DNA of 64,000 bases, taken from assembly GCA_048375035.1 (NCBI GenBank), contig DBGEDL010000056.1, forward strand, positions 1,298-65,297, read 5' to 3'. The stretch's first letter is position 1. The number at the start of each line of letters is the position of its first letter. Position numbers and translations under genes: made by a program. This document shows positions 37,416 through 46,724 of the stretch, piece by piece. A model generated the notes under the pieces. The model was given only the letters and a program-made list of their open reading frames with translations. It was not told the origin of the DNA and searched no databases. Origin of the DNA: Collinsella sp. (GTDB taxonomy: Bacteria; Actinomycetota; Coriobacteriia; Coriobacteriales; Coriobacteriaceae).

Positions 37416-37841
37416 ATGAAAAAGCTCAGGACGCTTGCCGACGTGTTGCGCCAGGCGGGCTTTGTGCGCATTACGGAGCTGTTCCTCGTCTTCTATCTGC
37501 TGTGCTCGACGGCTGTCTGGCTGTCCGAGCCCACGACCCTCACGTTTGGCGATGGCCTGTGGTTTAGCTTTGAGACGGTCTCGACCATCGGCTTTGGCGA
37601 CATTCCGGCCGAAACGCCGGTTGCCCGCGCCATTACCGTCGTCTTGAGCGTTATTAGCATCTTCTACATCGCCATGCTCACGGGCGTGGCGGTGAACTAC
37701 TGCAATACGCTCATCAAGATGCGTCAAAAGGACACCATGGCGCGCTTTATGGATGATCTGGAGCATTTGGAAGAGCTCGATCGCGACGAGCTTGCCGATC
37801 TTTCGCGTCGCGTGCGCGAGTATCGTCGACGCCAGCGCTAG
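37416..37841 (+). CDS. Small two-TM potassium channel family protein
   Basis: ORF trimmed to ATG 37416. Selectivity filter TVSTIGFGD. Confidence 0.8.
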   Translation: MKKLRTLADVLRQAGFVRITELFLVFYLLCSTAVWLSEPTTLTFGDGLWFSFETVSTIGFGDIPAETPVARAITVVLSVISIFYIAMLTGVAVNYCNTLIKMRQKDTMARFMDDLEHLEELDRDELADLSRRVREYRRRQR

Positions 37842-37877
37842 AACGGGCGCCGTGCGTCACGATGAGGGGGACTGAAT

Positions 37878-38411
37878 ATGAATATCACCGTGTATCTGGG
37901 TGCCAGTGTCGGTAACGACCCAGCATTTCTGTCTGCGGTACAGGAGCTGGGCAACTGGATTGGCGCCAACGGACACGCGTTGGTATACGGCGGGTCCAAA
38001 TCGGGCCTGATGGGTGCGCTCGCCGATAGCGTACTCGAGGCAGGCGGACATGTGACGGGTGTGGAGCCGAGCTTTTTTATCGAGGCCGAGTTTCAACATG
38101 ACGGTATCGACGACCTCATCGTGACGAGTGATATGGCCGAGCGCAAAGCCAAGATGATTGAGCTCGGCGATGCGTTCATCGCCTTTCCCGGTGGGACGGG
38201 CACGCTCGAGGAGATTGCCGAGGTCATGTCCGCGGTGTCGTTGGGGCACCTGAGTGCTCCGTGCATCCTGTATAACCTGGACGGTTACTACAACGACCTC
38301 AAGGCGCTGCTCGGGCACATGATTGATAAAGGGCTTTCGAGCCCGAGGCGCCAGCACGGCATCTACTTTGCCGACGATTTGCGCGAGATTGTCTCGATTA
38401 TCAACGGATGA
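37878..38411 (+). CDS. LOG-family (TIGR00730) nucleotide phosphoribohydrolase
   Basis: VYGGSKSGLMGALA and AFPGGTGTLEEIAEV motifs. Confidence 0.9.
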   Translation: MNITVYLGASVGNDPAFLSAVQELGNWIGANGHALVYGGSKSGLMGALADSVLEAGGHVTGVEPSFFIEAEFQHDGIDDLIVTSDMAERKAKMIELGDAFIAFPGGTGTLEEIAEVMSAVSLGHLSAPCILYNLDGYYNDLKALLGHMIDKGLSSPRRQHGIYFADDLREIVSIING

Positions 38412-38536
38412 GTCTTAAGCCTGTCCCGCTATGGCTCCCAATGGTGCCGTTTGCGGCGCAGACGGTTGGCTCGTTCGGGCAACGCTCGCTCTACAATAAA
38501 ACATAACTATGTCGACTTTGACCGCGGGAGGACCCG

Positions 38537-39841
38537 ATGGATAACCTTGCCAAACCCACAAACCGCGCGCTGTTTTTAGTTAGCGTTGCTGTGACCGGTG
38601 CGTTCGCAGGTGCCGCGGTCTGGCTGTTCTTTTTTGCGATGGAGCACGGTATCGACTATCTGTGGACCGAGATTCCGCACGCGCTGGGCGTCGCTTCGCC
38701 CGAGCTCGCCAGCGGCCCGTTTGGCTTTTTGCCGTACCCGTTTTTTGTCTGTCTGCTGGGCGGCCTATTAATCGGTCTGTACGAAAAGATGACAGGCGCC
38801 AAGACCGATGACCTCAACCAGGTGATGGCTAAGGTTAAGCAAGACGGGCGCTACCCGTACGACAACCTGGGCAAACTTTCGCTCGCGGCGTTGCTGCCGC
38901 TGCTGTTTGGCGGCAGCATTGGACCGGAGGCCGGTCTGACCGGTGTTATCGCGGGTCTGTGCAGCTGGGTCGGCGACCGTATGCGTTGCTTTGGCGCCGA
39001 GTTTAGGGAGCTCACGCTGCTGGGCACCCAGGCTGCCCTGACGGCGCTCTTTACCGCGCCCGTCTTTGGCTTTGTAGCACCGCTTGCCGGTAGCGCCGAC
39101 GGCCAGGGCGAAGACGCCGACGATGAGTCCGTGTCCGGCGAGATCACCATCAAGCTGCCCAAGGTGCAAAAGACCGTGGTCTATGGCATCGCGATTGCCG
39201 GCGGTCTGGGCACCTACCTGCTGCTTGGCCAGCTTGTGGGCGGCGGCATGGGCATGCCCAGGTTCGAGTCCGCCGAGGTGGGCAACCTGGAACTTGCCTG
39301 GCTCATTCCGCTGGCGTTGGTCGGCACCGTTTGCGGCTGGCTGTACTTTGTCTCCGAGCACGCAAGCGAGGCGCTGTCTCATGCAATAGGGGAGCGTCCT
39401 GTCGTCAAAGCCATGCTGGCTGGTCTGGCGCTCGCCATCTGCGGCACAGCTCTGCCCTACACCATGTTTGCCGGCGAGACGCAGGCCGATGTGCTCATGG
39501 AAACCTACCTGACCATCCCTGCCGGTGTGCTTATCGCGACTGGCCTGGTTAAGGCTATGCTGACCCCGGCTCTCATCAATATGGGCTGGCGCGGCGGCCA
39601 TTTCTTCCCCGTGATTTTCTCAGGCGTGAGCCTGGGCTACGGTTTCGCTCTGCTCACCGGTGCCGATCCGGTCTTTTGCGTTGCCGTCTGCACGGCATCG
39701 ACGATGGGTGCCGTCATGCGCCAGCCCGTAATGGTTGTGGGCCTACTGCTCATGTGCTTCCCGCTCAAGGGCATCGTCGCCATGATCATCGCCGCAGTCA
39801 TCGCCGCCGGTATTCCGCTGCCCAAGCCGCTGCGCAAGTAG
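38537..39841 (+). CDS. ClC-family (voltage-gated chloride channel-like) membrane protein
   Basis: About 10 TM segments. GGSIGPEAG and GGHFFPV resemble ClC filter loops. Divergent, so anion specificity is unknown. Confidence 0.7.
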   Translation: MDNLAKPTNRALFLVSVAVTGAFAGAAVWLFFFAMEHGIDYLWTEIPHALGVASPELASGPFGFLPYPFFVCLLGGLLIGLYEKMTGAKTDDLNQVMAKVKQDGRYPYDNLGKLSLAALLPLLFGGSIGPEAGLTGVIAGLCSWVGDRMRCFGAEFRELTLLGTQAALTALFTAPVFGFVAPLAGSADGQGEDADDESVSGEITIKLPKVQKTVVYGIAIAGGLGTYLLLGQLVGGGMGMPRFESAEVGNLELAWLIPLALVGTVCGWLYFVSEHASEALSHAIGERPVVKAMLAGLALAICGTALPYTMFAGETQADVLMETYLTIPAGVLIATGLVKAMLTPALINMGWRGGHFFPVIFSGVSLGYGFALLTGADPVFCVAVCTASTMGAVMRQPVMVVGLLLMCFPLKGIVAMIIAAVIAAGIPLPKPLRK

Positions 39842-39878
39842 CGCGGTTAATCGCGAGCCAACTCCAGAGGGGTACGAG

Positions 39879-40670
39879 ATGATCCTGTACTTTAGCGCGA
39901 CGGGGAACAGCGAACATGTGGCGCGTCGCATTGCAGCGGCGACAGACGACAAGGTTATGTCGATTGAGCGTTTTGATGTCGAGGCCTTTCGCCTTGCCTT
40001 GACGGAAGGTCCCTGCCAACTGGGATTTGTTGCTCCGGTGTATGCCTGGGGTTTGCCGACGCCGATGATCGAGTTTTTGAAGACCGTCGGCCTGTCGGAT
40101 GCCGTCGGCGCGAACGGTGGCAAGCAGCCCTATACGTTCTATGTTTCGACGTACGGTTCGACGACCGGCCAATCGGCCAAGTTTGCCCGCGATCTGCTGC
40201 GCGAGCGTGGGTTCGAGCTGCATGCGGCGATGAGCGTCAAGATGCCCGATACCTGGACGCCTGTTTTCGACCTGTCAGATCATCAAAAGGTCGAGAGCAT
40301 CAATAAAGCTGCCGAGGCGCAGATTGATGCCGTGATCGAGGCGGTGCGGGTGCGGCGCACGGGCGACATGATGCGCCATCGCGTGCCCCTGTTTGCATCG
40401 TGCGCGTATCACGCGTTTGGGTTGCCGCGTATGCAGCAGACGAGCAAGTTTGCCGTCGATGCCGATCTGTGCATCGGTTGCGGCCTCTGCGCCAAGCGCT
40501 GCCCAATGTCGGCAATTGAGATGCGCGACGGTCTTCCCGTGTGGGCAAAACCGGAGTGCGCCGCCTGTCTCCGTTGTCTGCACTGCTGCCCAAAGTTTGC
40601 CATCTCACGCGGCAAGCGCACGGCCGCCCATGGTCAGTACAGGCATCCCAAACCCGGCGCGAGGATGTAG
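39879..40670 (+). CDS. EFR1-type flavodoxin-like / 4Fe-4S dicluster ferredoxin
   Basis: MILYFSATGNSEHVARRIA. C-terminal CIGCGLCAKRCP and CAACLRCLHCCP. Confidence 0.8.
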   Translation: MILYFSATGNSEHVARRIAAATDDKVMSIERFDVEAFRLALTEGPCQLGFVAPVYAWGLPTPMIEFLKTVGLSDAVGANGGKQPYTFYVSTYGSTTGQSAKFARDLLRERGFELHAAMSVKMPDTWTPVFDLSDHQKVESINKAAEAQIDAVIEAVRVRRTGDMMRHRVPLFASCAYHAFGLPRMQQTSKFAVDADLCIGCGLCAKRCPMSAIEMRDGLPVWAKPECAACLRCLHCCPKFAISRGKRTAAHGQYRHPKPGARM

Positions 40671-40711
40671 CGCCTGCCGGGCCGCTGCTCCAAGAGTAAT
40701 TAAGAAAGATT

Positions 40712-40745
40712 CCGCGCGAGGCCGTATGTCTACGGTCTCGCGCGG
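40712..40745 (+). terminator. 15-bp-stem hairpin with no clear T tract
   Basis: CCGCGCGAGGCCGTA-TGTC-TACGGTCTCGCGCGG. Confidence 0.4.
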
Positions 40746-40752
40746 CTGTCAT

Positions 40753-40941
40753 TTAGAGCTTCCTCAGCACGATTGCAATGGTGTTGAGATACTCGAGCGC
40801 GCCCGCCTGAACGGGATGAATCGTGTCGCGCGAAATGCCGAGTGAATCGAAGAACGCGCGGTTTTCCTCGGGGTCGCTCCAGAGATCGACAGCGTAGGTG
40901 TCAAACCCGTATTCGCGGGCGATCGATTGTGGACTTCGTGA
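40753..40941 (-). pseudogene. Remnant of a class I SAM-dependent methyltransferase
   Basis: Hand translation SIAREYGFDTYAVDLWSDPEENRAFFDSLGISRDTIHPVQAGA resembles the LAKEFG..DLW..P.EN...G....PI.A.A block of a clostridial-type methyltransferase family. There is no start codon, the frame runs into the permease gene, and the C-terminus is unrelated and truncated. Confidence 0.4.
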
Positions 40942-40957
40942 GTCAAGGCTCGCGTGG

Positions 40958-41656
40958 TTACAGATCGCGTGCTCGATAAACCTTGATGCTGACAGCGCAG
41001 CTGATTACACATAGCGCGAGGGCAAGCGCGGCGATGCCTGCACACAGGCAGCCAAGAACGGCAGGATCGGGATTCGCTCCGGCAATCGACATGAGCCAGT
41101 TGCTGATGGGGTTGGAGGAGCTCAGCATTGCCATGGTACCGCAGCCCATCAGGGCAAACAGGCCGACGGAAAGGCGCAGCGCCTCCATGTGTCCAAATCG
41201 AAAGAACAGCGGCTGTGCCAAAAACACCATCATGAGGGAGATGAGCATCGATGCGGCGGAGGCTATTGTGATCTCAAAGACGGTCTGTCCCGTCGAGGGA
41301 ATGCCCGTGTGATCGAAGAACGGAAGGGCGATGATGTTCAAAAGCACGGCGGTGCATGCCATGACGGCCGAGAAAGCAATAATGCACAGGTAGCGTGCGC
41401 AGATGATGTCTTTGCGCGAGAACGGCAGCGTTGCCCGATAGCGCTCCCAGCCGTTTTGGTTATCGTAGCCAGCCAGTGAGTTCATGATTATGATGGGCGA
41501 CATGGCGCTGACCGCGCAGGCGCCGGCGCTCATACCGGAATCGCCGTCCGATGCGTTGGCAAGGGTTAGCACGACGAAGATGAACAGGCCGACGCCCGCA
41601 ATGCTCGGGATGAGCGTGCGAGCGATGGCGAGCTCGGACATAAAGGCGCGTTTCAT
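40958..41656 (-). CDS. ABC-2 type transporter permease
   Basis: Six hydrophobic segments. 4-nt overlap with the upstream ATPase gene. Confidence 0.75.
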   Translation of the reverse strand: MKRAFMSELAIARTLIPSIAGVGLFIFVVLTLANASDGDSGMSAGACAVSAMSPIIIMNSLAGYDNQNGWERYRATLPFSRKDIICARYLCIIAFSAVMACTAVLLNIIALPFFDHTGIPSTGQTVFEITIASAASMLISLMMVFLAQPLFFRFGHMEALRLSVGLFALMGCGTMAMLSSSNPISNWLMSIAGANPDPAVLGCLCAGIAALALALCVISCAVSIKVYRARDL

Positions 41657-42534
41657 TTTGAAGCCCCTTTCAGCGTGAGGCGAAGATAGTCGTCAATGGT
41701 TGCCCGATCGCAGGGAATCTCGGGAAAGGCCTCGAGCGTTTCGCGACGGTTGGGCACGAGCACGTCCACGCTGTAGGCATGACGGGCGGCACGGGCGCCT
41801 TCGACACAAGCCATAAGCTCGGCGGCCTGAGCTTGGGTGCAGTGGGCGATGCCGGCTCGGTCGGTAATGTCCTCGCGCGGCAGGTCAAACACAATCGAGC
41901 CGTTATCGATGCAGATGACGCGGTCGGCGGCGCGATCGAGGTCGGACGTAATGTGGCTCGAGAGCAGCACGCTGTGCTGGCCGTCGGCGACAAAAGCAAG
42001 CAGCTCATCGAGCAGTTCCTCGCGCGCCATGGGATCGAGGCCCGCGGTGGCTTCGTCCAAAAGGAGTAGCTTGGCATTATGGCTGAGTGCACAGGCAAGC
42101 TGCAGTTTCATGCCCATGCCACGGGAGAGGTCCTTGACCTTTGTCTTGGGATCGAGGCCAAATCGGTCGATGAATCCGGCGAACGTTTTGCGGTCCCACG
42201 TGGGGTACGCCTGGCCTACGAGTGCCTCGATCTGGCCCACCTTGAGCGTTGAAGGGAAGGGGCATGTGTCCAGGACGAGACCGACGCGGGAGCGCAGGCA
42301 GCGCTGTGTCTCATCGGGCGCGTCGGCGCCACAGCGCTGCCCAAACAGGCGCACCTCGCCGGCATCGAGCTTGATAAGCCCGAGCGCGGCGCGAATGGTC
42401 GTTGTCTTGCCGGCACCGTTAGCGCCCACAAAGCCAACAATCTGGCCGGGCTCCACGGCGAACGTGACATCACGCAGCGAAAAACGGTCGCTCACGCGGC
42501 GTGAGACACCTTTGAGTTCTAACAAGTTTTGCAT
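41653..42534 (-). CDS. ABC transporter ATP-binding protein
   Basis: Walker A GANGAGKTTT, LSRGMGMKLQLACAL, Walker B LLLLDEATAGLD. Confidence 0.9.
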   Translation of the reverse strand: MQNLLELKGVSRRVSDRFSLRDVTFAVEPGQIVGFVGANGAGKTTTIRAALGLIKLDAGEVRLFGQRCGADAPDETQRCLRSRVGLVLDTCPFPSTLKVGQIEALVGQAYPTWDRKTFAGFIDRFGLDPKTKVKDLSRGMGMKLQLACALSHNAKLLLLDEATAGLDPMAREELLDELLAFVADGQHSVLLSSHITSDLDRAADRVICIDNGSIVFDLPREDITDRAGIAHCTQAQAAELMACVEGARAARHAYSVDVLVPNRRETLEAFPEIPCDRATIDDYLRLTLKGASK

Positions 42535-42557
42535 GGTATGGCCTTTCTTGCAGATGG

Positions 42558-42938
42558 CTACTGCATGGTTTCGGGAGCTACCAGGTCAAGCATTTCGTGC
42601 AGCTTGTCGCGTGTGACGCCCAGGGTTTCGGCTTGGCTCGCCGCTTTTGCAAGTAGCTCTTCGATATGGCAGAGCTGGCTTTCGCGTAAGAGTTCTTGGT
42701 TGCCCTCAGCGACAAAGCACCCCTTGCCCTGCACGGTGCAGATAAACCCGAGCTGCTCCAAGTCGGCGTAGGCGCGCTTGGTGGTGATAACGCTCACACT
42801 CAGGTCGCTGGCAAGCGCACGGATACTGGGGAGTTTGGCTCCCGCAGCGAGTGCGCCCGATAGGATCTGAGCTTTGACTTGCGAGGCTATCTGCTCGTAG
42901 ATGGGCTTGTCGCTCGAATTGGATAGGATGATGTCCAC
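42558..42938 (-). CDS. GntR-family regulator, YtrA-like short subfamily
   Basis: GTG 42938 with TAAGGAG RBS. PIYEQIASQVKAQILSGALAAGAKLPSIRALASDLSVSVITTKRAYADLE. 126 aa, with no large effector domain. Confidence 0.9.
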   Translation of the reverse strand: MDIILSNSSDKPIYEQIASQVKAQILSGALAAGAKLPSIRALASDLSVSVITTKRAYADLEQLGFICTVQGKGCFVAEGNQELLRESQLCHIEELLAKAASQAETLGVTRDKLHEMLDLVAPETMQ

Positions 42939-42965
42939 AGCGGCTCCTTAGCTGTTGGGCTACAC

Positions 42966-42999
42966 GTGTATATAACCGTTAAGCACAGTATATATACAC
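42966..42999. promoter_or_regulatory. AT-rich inverted repeat GTGTATATA-N16-TATATACAC; likely operator/promoter of the GntR-ABC operon
   Basis: Read directly, 28 nt upstream of the GntR start. Contains TATATA -10-like hexamers. Similar in type to the B. subtilis YtrA operator as I recall it. Confidence 0.5.
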
Positions 43000-43049
43000 T
43001 ATGCACAGTTACGCAAGAGGTAAGTAGGGATTGTCCGCCCGTTCATTCA

Positions 43050-43345
43050 TCTCAATCTGTAACATCTGGAACCGATTTGGACGGCCACCTGTTACAGATC
43101 GAGATTTTACTGGCGGGCCCCACCTGGTTGTCTCAATCTGTAACAACTGGAGAAGATTTTGGCTGCTAGATGTTACAGATCGAGACATTGGCCACCCGTC
43201 TATCCTTATATCTCAATCTGTAACAGATGGACCCGTTTTGAGTGGCTAGATGTTACAGATCGAGATCTTTCTGGGACGCCCACCTGTTTGTCTAAATCTG
43301 TAACAGGTAGAGGTTCAAAAACCGTCTAGATGTTACAGATTGAGA
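43050..43345. repeat. 4 x 80 bp array of eight alternating-orientation 15-mers (TCTCAATCTGTAACA / TGTTACAGATCGAGA) with 25-26 nt gaps
   Basis: Read directly. Forward sites at 43050, 43131, 43211 and 43291; reverse sites at 43090, 43171, 43251 and 43331. Only two substitutions occur across all eight copies. Confidence 0.95.
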
Positions 43346-43491
43346 CAAATTGCTGCGGAGTGCCGCCATCGATTGCTACCCAGGCCCCAACTGATGAATT
43401 TGTCCTGATAGGCACCCTAGAGCGAGATTTCGCGGCTACAATAGACGGGTTACATCGACGTAATGCATATAGAACGCAAGAAAGGATCCGC

Positions 43492-45105
<1,614 letters not shown>

Positions 45106-45111
45106 CGCATC

Positions 45112-45148
45112 GGCGCGGTGGCCCTGCGGGGCTGCCGCGCCGTTTGCT
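45112..45148 (+). terminator. Rho-independent terminator of prfC
   Basis: GGCGCGG-loop-CCGCGCC followed by GTTTGCTT. Confidence 0.7.
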
Positions 45149-45206
45149 TGCCTTATGCCGTGTGAGCGGCTATTATACCCACCGTCGTCTCAAGACCGGG
45201 GCGTCC

Positions 45207-45255
45207 GAGCAGTTCGGGTCCGATATCCTGCTCGTTAAACCTAAAACCAAAGGAG
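45207..45255 (+). promoter_or_regulatory. Candidate preQ1-I riboswitch
   Basis: GAGCAG-UUCGGGUCCGAUAUC-CUGCUC-GUUAAACCUAAAACCAAAGGAG. It has a 6-bp P1, a loop starting UUC, and an A-rich tail running into the RBS of a YhhQ-type transporter gene. The tail resembles the Thermoanaerobacter aptamer tail UUAACAAAACAAGG as I recall it. Confidence 0.4.
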
Positions 45256-45261
45256 TACATA

Positions 45262-45984
45262 ATGATCAAGAAGGTCATGGAGGACTACAAGGTCCTGTTG
45301 CGGAGCATTCCCGCGGCAACGGTTTCGCTGTTTTTCGTGAGCGTCATCATGATGAACCTGCTGGCCAACAAAGAGCTCATCAGCCTGCCGTATCTGGCGC
45401 TCGACTGTGGCTTTGTGGTGAGCTGGGTTTCGTTTTTGTGCCAGGACATGATCTGCAAGCGCTTTGGCGCCAAGGCATCCATCAAAATCTCTATCCTCGC
45501 GCTGCTGGTCAACCTGGCCGTGAGTCTGTGCTTTTGGGCATGCTCGCTCACGCCCGGCATGTGGGGCGCCTACTACGACACGGGCATGATCGAGGTCAAC
45601 ACTGCCCTTAACGCCACCATCGGCGGCACCTGGTACGTGGTGCTGGGCTCTTCGCTGGCAATGCTCGTTTCTGCCGTGGTTAACTCCACGCTCAACCAGT
45701 CGCTCGGCCGCATGCTCAAAAAGAATAATTTTGCGAGCTTTGCCTTTCGCTCCTATGTGTCCACGGGCATTGGCCAGTTTATCGACAACTTGGTCTTTGC
45801 CATTGTGGTGAGCCACACGTTCTTTGGTTGGACCTGGGTGCAGGTCCTTATGTGCTCGCTGACCGGTGCTGTTGCCGAGCTGCTGTGCGAGGTCTTCTTG
45901 AGCCCCGTGGGCTACAAGGTCGTGCGCGGCTGGGAGCGCGAGAATGTGGGCTCCGAGTACCTCGAGCGCCACGCAACCGCCTAA
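45262..45984 (+). CDS. Queuosine-precursor transporter (VUT/YhhQ, DUF165 family)
   Basis: Multi-TM protein. LLANKELISLPYLALDCGFVVSWVSFLCQDMICKRFG is typical of the YhhQ family. Confidence 0.8.
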   Translation: MIKKVMEDYKVLLRSIPAATVSLFFVSVIMMNLLANKELISLPYLALDCGFVVSWVSFLCQDMICKRFGAKASIKISILALLVNLAVSLCFWACSLTPGMWGAYYDTGMIEVNTALNATIGGTWYVVLGSSLAMLVSAVVNSTLNQSLGRMLKKNNFASFAFRSYVSTGIGQFIDNLVFAIVVSHTFFGWTWVQVLMCSLTGAVAELLCEVFLSPVGYKVVRGWERENVGSEYLERHATA

Positions 45985-45993
45985 GGAGCAAGT

Positions 45994-46674
45994 ATGCGGG
46001 TTTTGATCACGGGCGCTTCGGGCGGTATCGGAGCCGCGTGCGTGCAGCGCTTTTTGGATGAGGGCCACGAGGTCGTGGGCTTTGATCTGCTGTCGCCGGC
46101 GATCGAACACGAGCGCTACCGCCATCTGATCGTTGATGTCCGCGAGCCGGACTCGTTTCCAAGCGACCTTGAGCCCCAGGTGATCGTGAACGTTGCCGGT
46201 ACGCAGGATTCGGCCGACGACATCGCCGCCAACCTGTATGGCACCATCAACGTGACCGAGCGCTACGCCTTTGCGGGGGAGGGGCTTGCTGCCAAGCCGG
46301 CATCGGCTATCAAATCCGTGGTCAATGTGGGGTCGGCGAGCGGGCATACGGGATCGGAGTTTCCCGACTATGCCGCCAGCAAGGGCGGCGTTATCGCCTA
46401 CACCAAGAACCTTGCAAACCGTCTGGCGCCGCAGGCTATCGCCAACAGTGTGGACCCGGGTGGCGTTATCACGTCGCTCAACCGTTGCGTGATGGAAGAC
46501 GAACACCTGTGGAACCAGATTATGGAGCTCACGCCGCTTAAACGCTGGGCTACCGCCCAAGAGATCGCCGAGTGGATCTACTTTGTGGGCGTGACCAACC
46601 GGTTTATGACCGGACAGAGTCTGTTGATCGATGGCGGCGAGGCCGGCCGCACACAATTTATTTGGCCCGAATAG
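45994..46674 (+). CDS. SDR-family oxidoreductase
   Basis: MRVLITGASGGIGAA..., and YAASKGG (catalytic YxxxK). Confidence 0.85.
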   Translation: MRVLITGASGGIGAACVQRFLDEGHEVVGFDLLSPAIEHERYRHLIVDVREPDSFPSDLEPQVIVNVAGTQDSADDIAANLYGTINVTERYAFAGEGLAAKPASAIKSVVNVGSASGHTGSEFPDYAASKGGVIAYTKNLANRLAPQAIANSVDPGGVITSLNRCVMEDEHLWNQIMELTPLKRWATAQEIAEWIYFVGVTNRFMTGQSLLIDGGEAGRTQFIWPE

Positions 46675-46676
46675 GA

Positions 46677-46711
46677 AACGCGCCCGATGGAAAGCCGTCG
46701 GGCGCGTTTTT
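46677..46711. terminator. Rho-independent terminator between convergent genes
   Basis: ACGCGCCCGATGG-AAAG-CCGTCGGGCGCGT followed by TTTT. Confidence 0.8.
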
Positions 46712-46724
46712 GATGTATCGATTT

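Noticed and set aside
38412-38536. Fluoride (crcB-motif) riboswitch ahead of the ClC-family gene.
   Set aside because: No GAUGG...CUGAUGAU-type conserved elements are visible, and the ClC protein cannot be assigned to the CLC-F clade by eye.
39261-39271. tRNA T-arm-like GGTTCGAGTCC.
   Set aside because: It lies inside the ClC coding frame with no acceptor or anticodon stems around it. No tRNA or rRNA gene was found anywhere in the window.
42966-43249. ORFs 42966..43169 and 43031..43249 crossing the 15-mer array, with repeating peptides such as SICN..VTDRD.
   Set aside because: The periodic peptide is a by-product of the DNA repeat. The repeats alternate in orientation, there is no RBS, and GC3 is low.
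43050-43345. CRISPR array interpretation of the repeat cluster.
   Set aside because: The conserved units are inverted rather than direct and only 15-20 nt long. The gaps are partly homologous to each other, and there is no cas gene or leader in the window.
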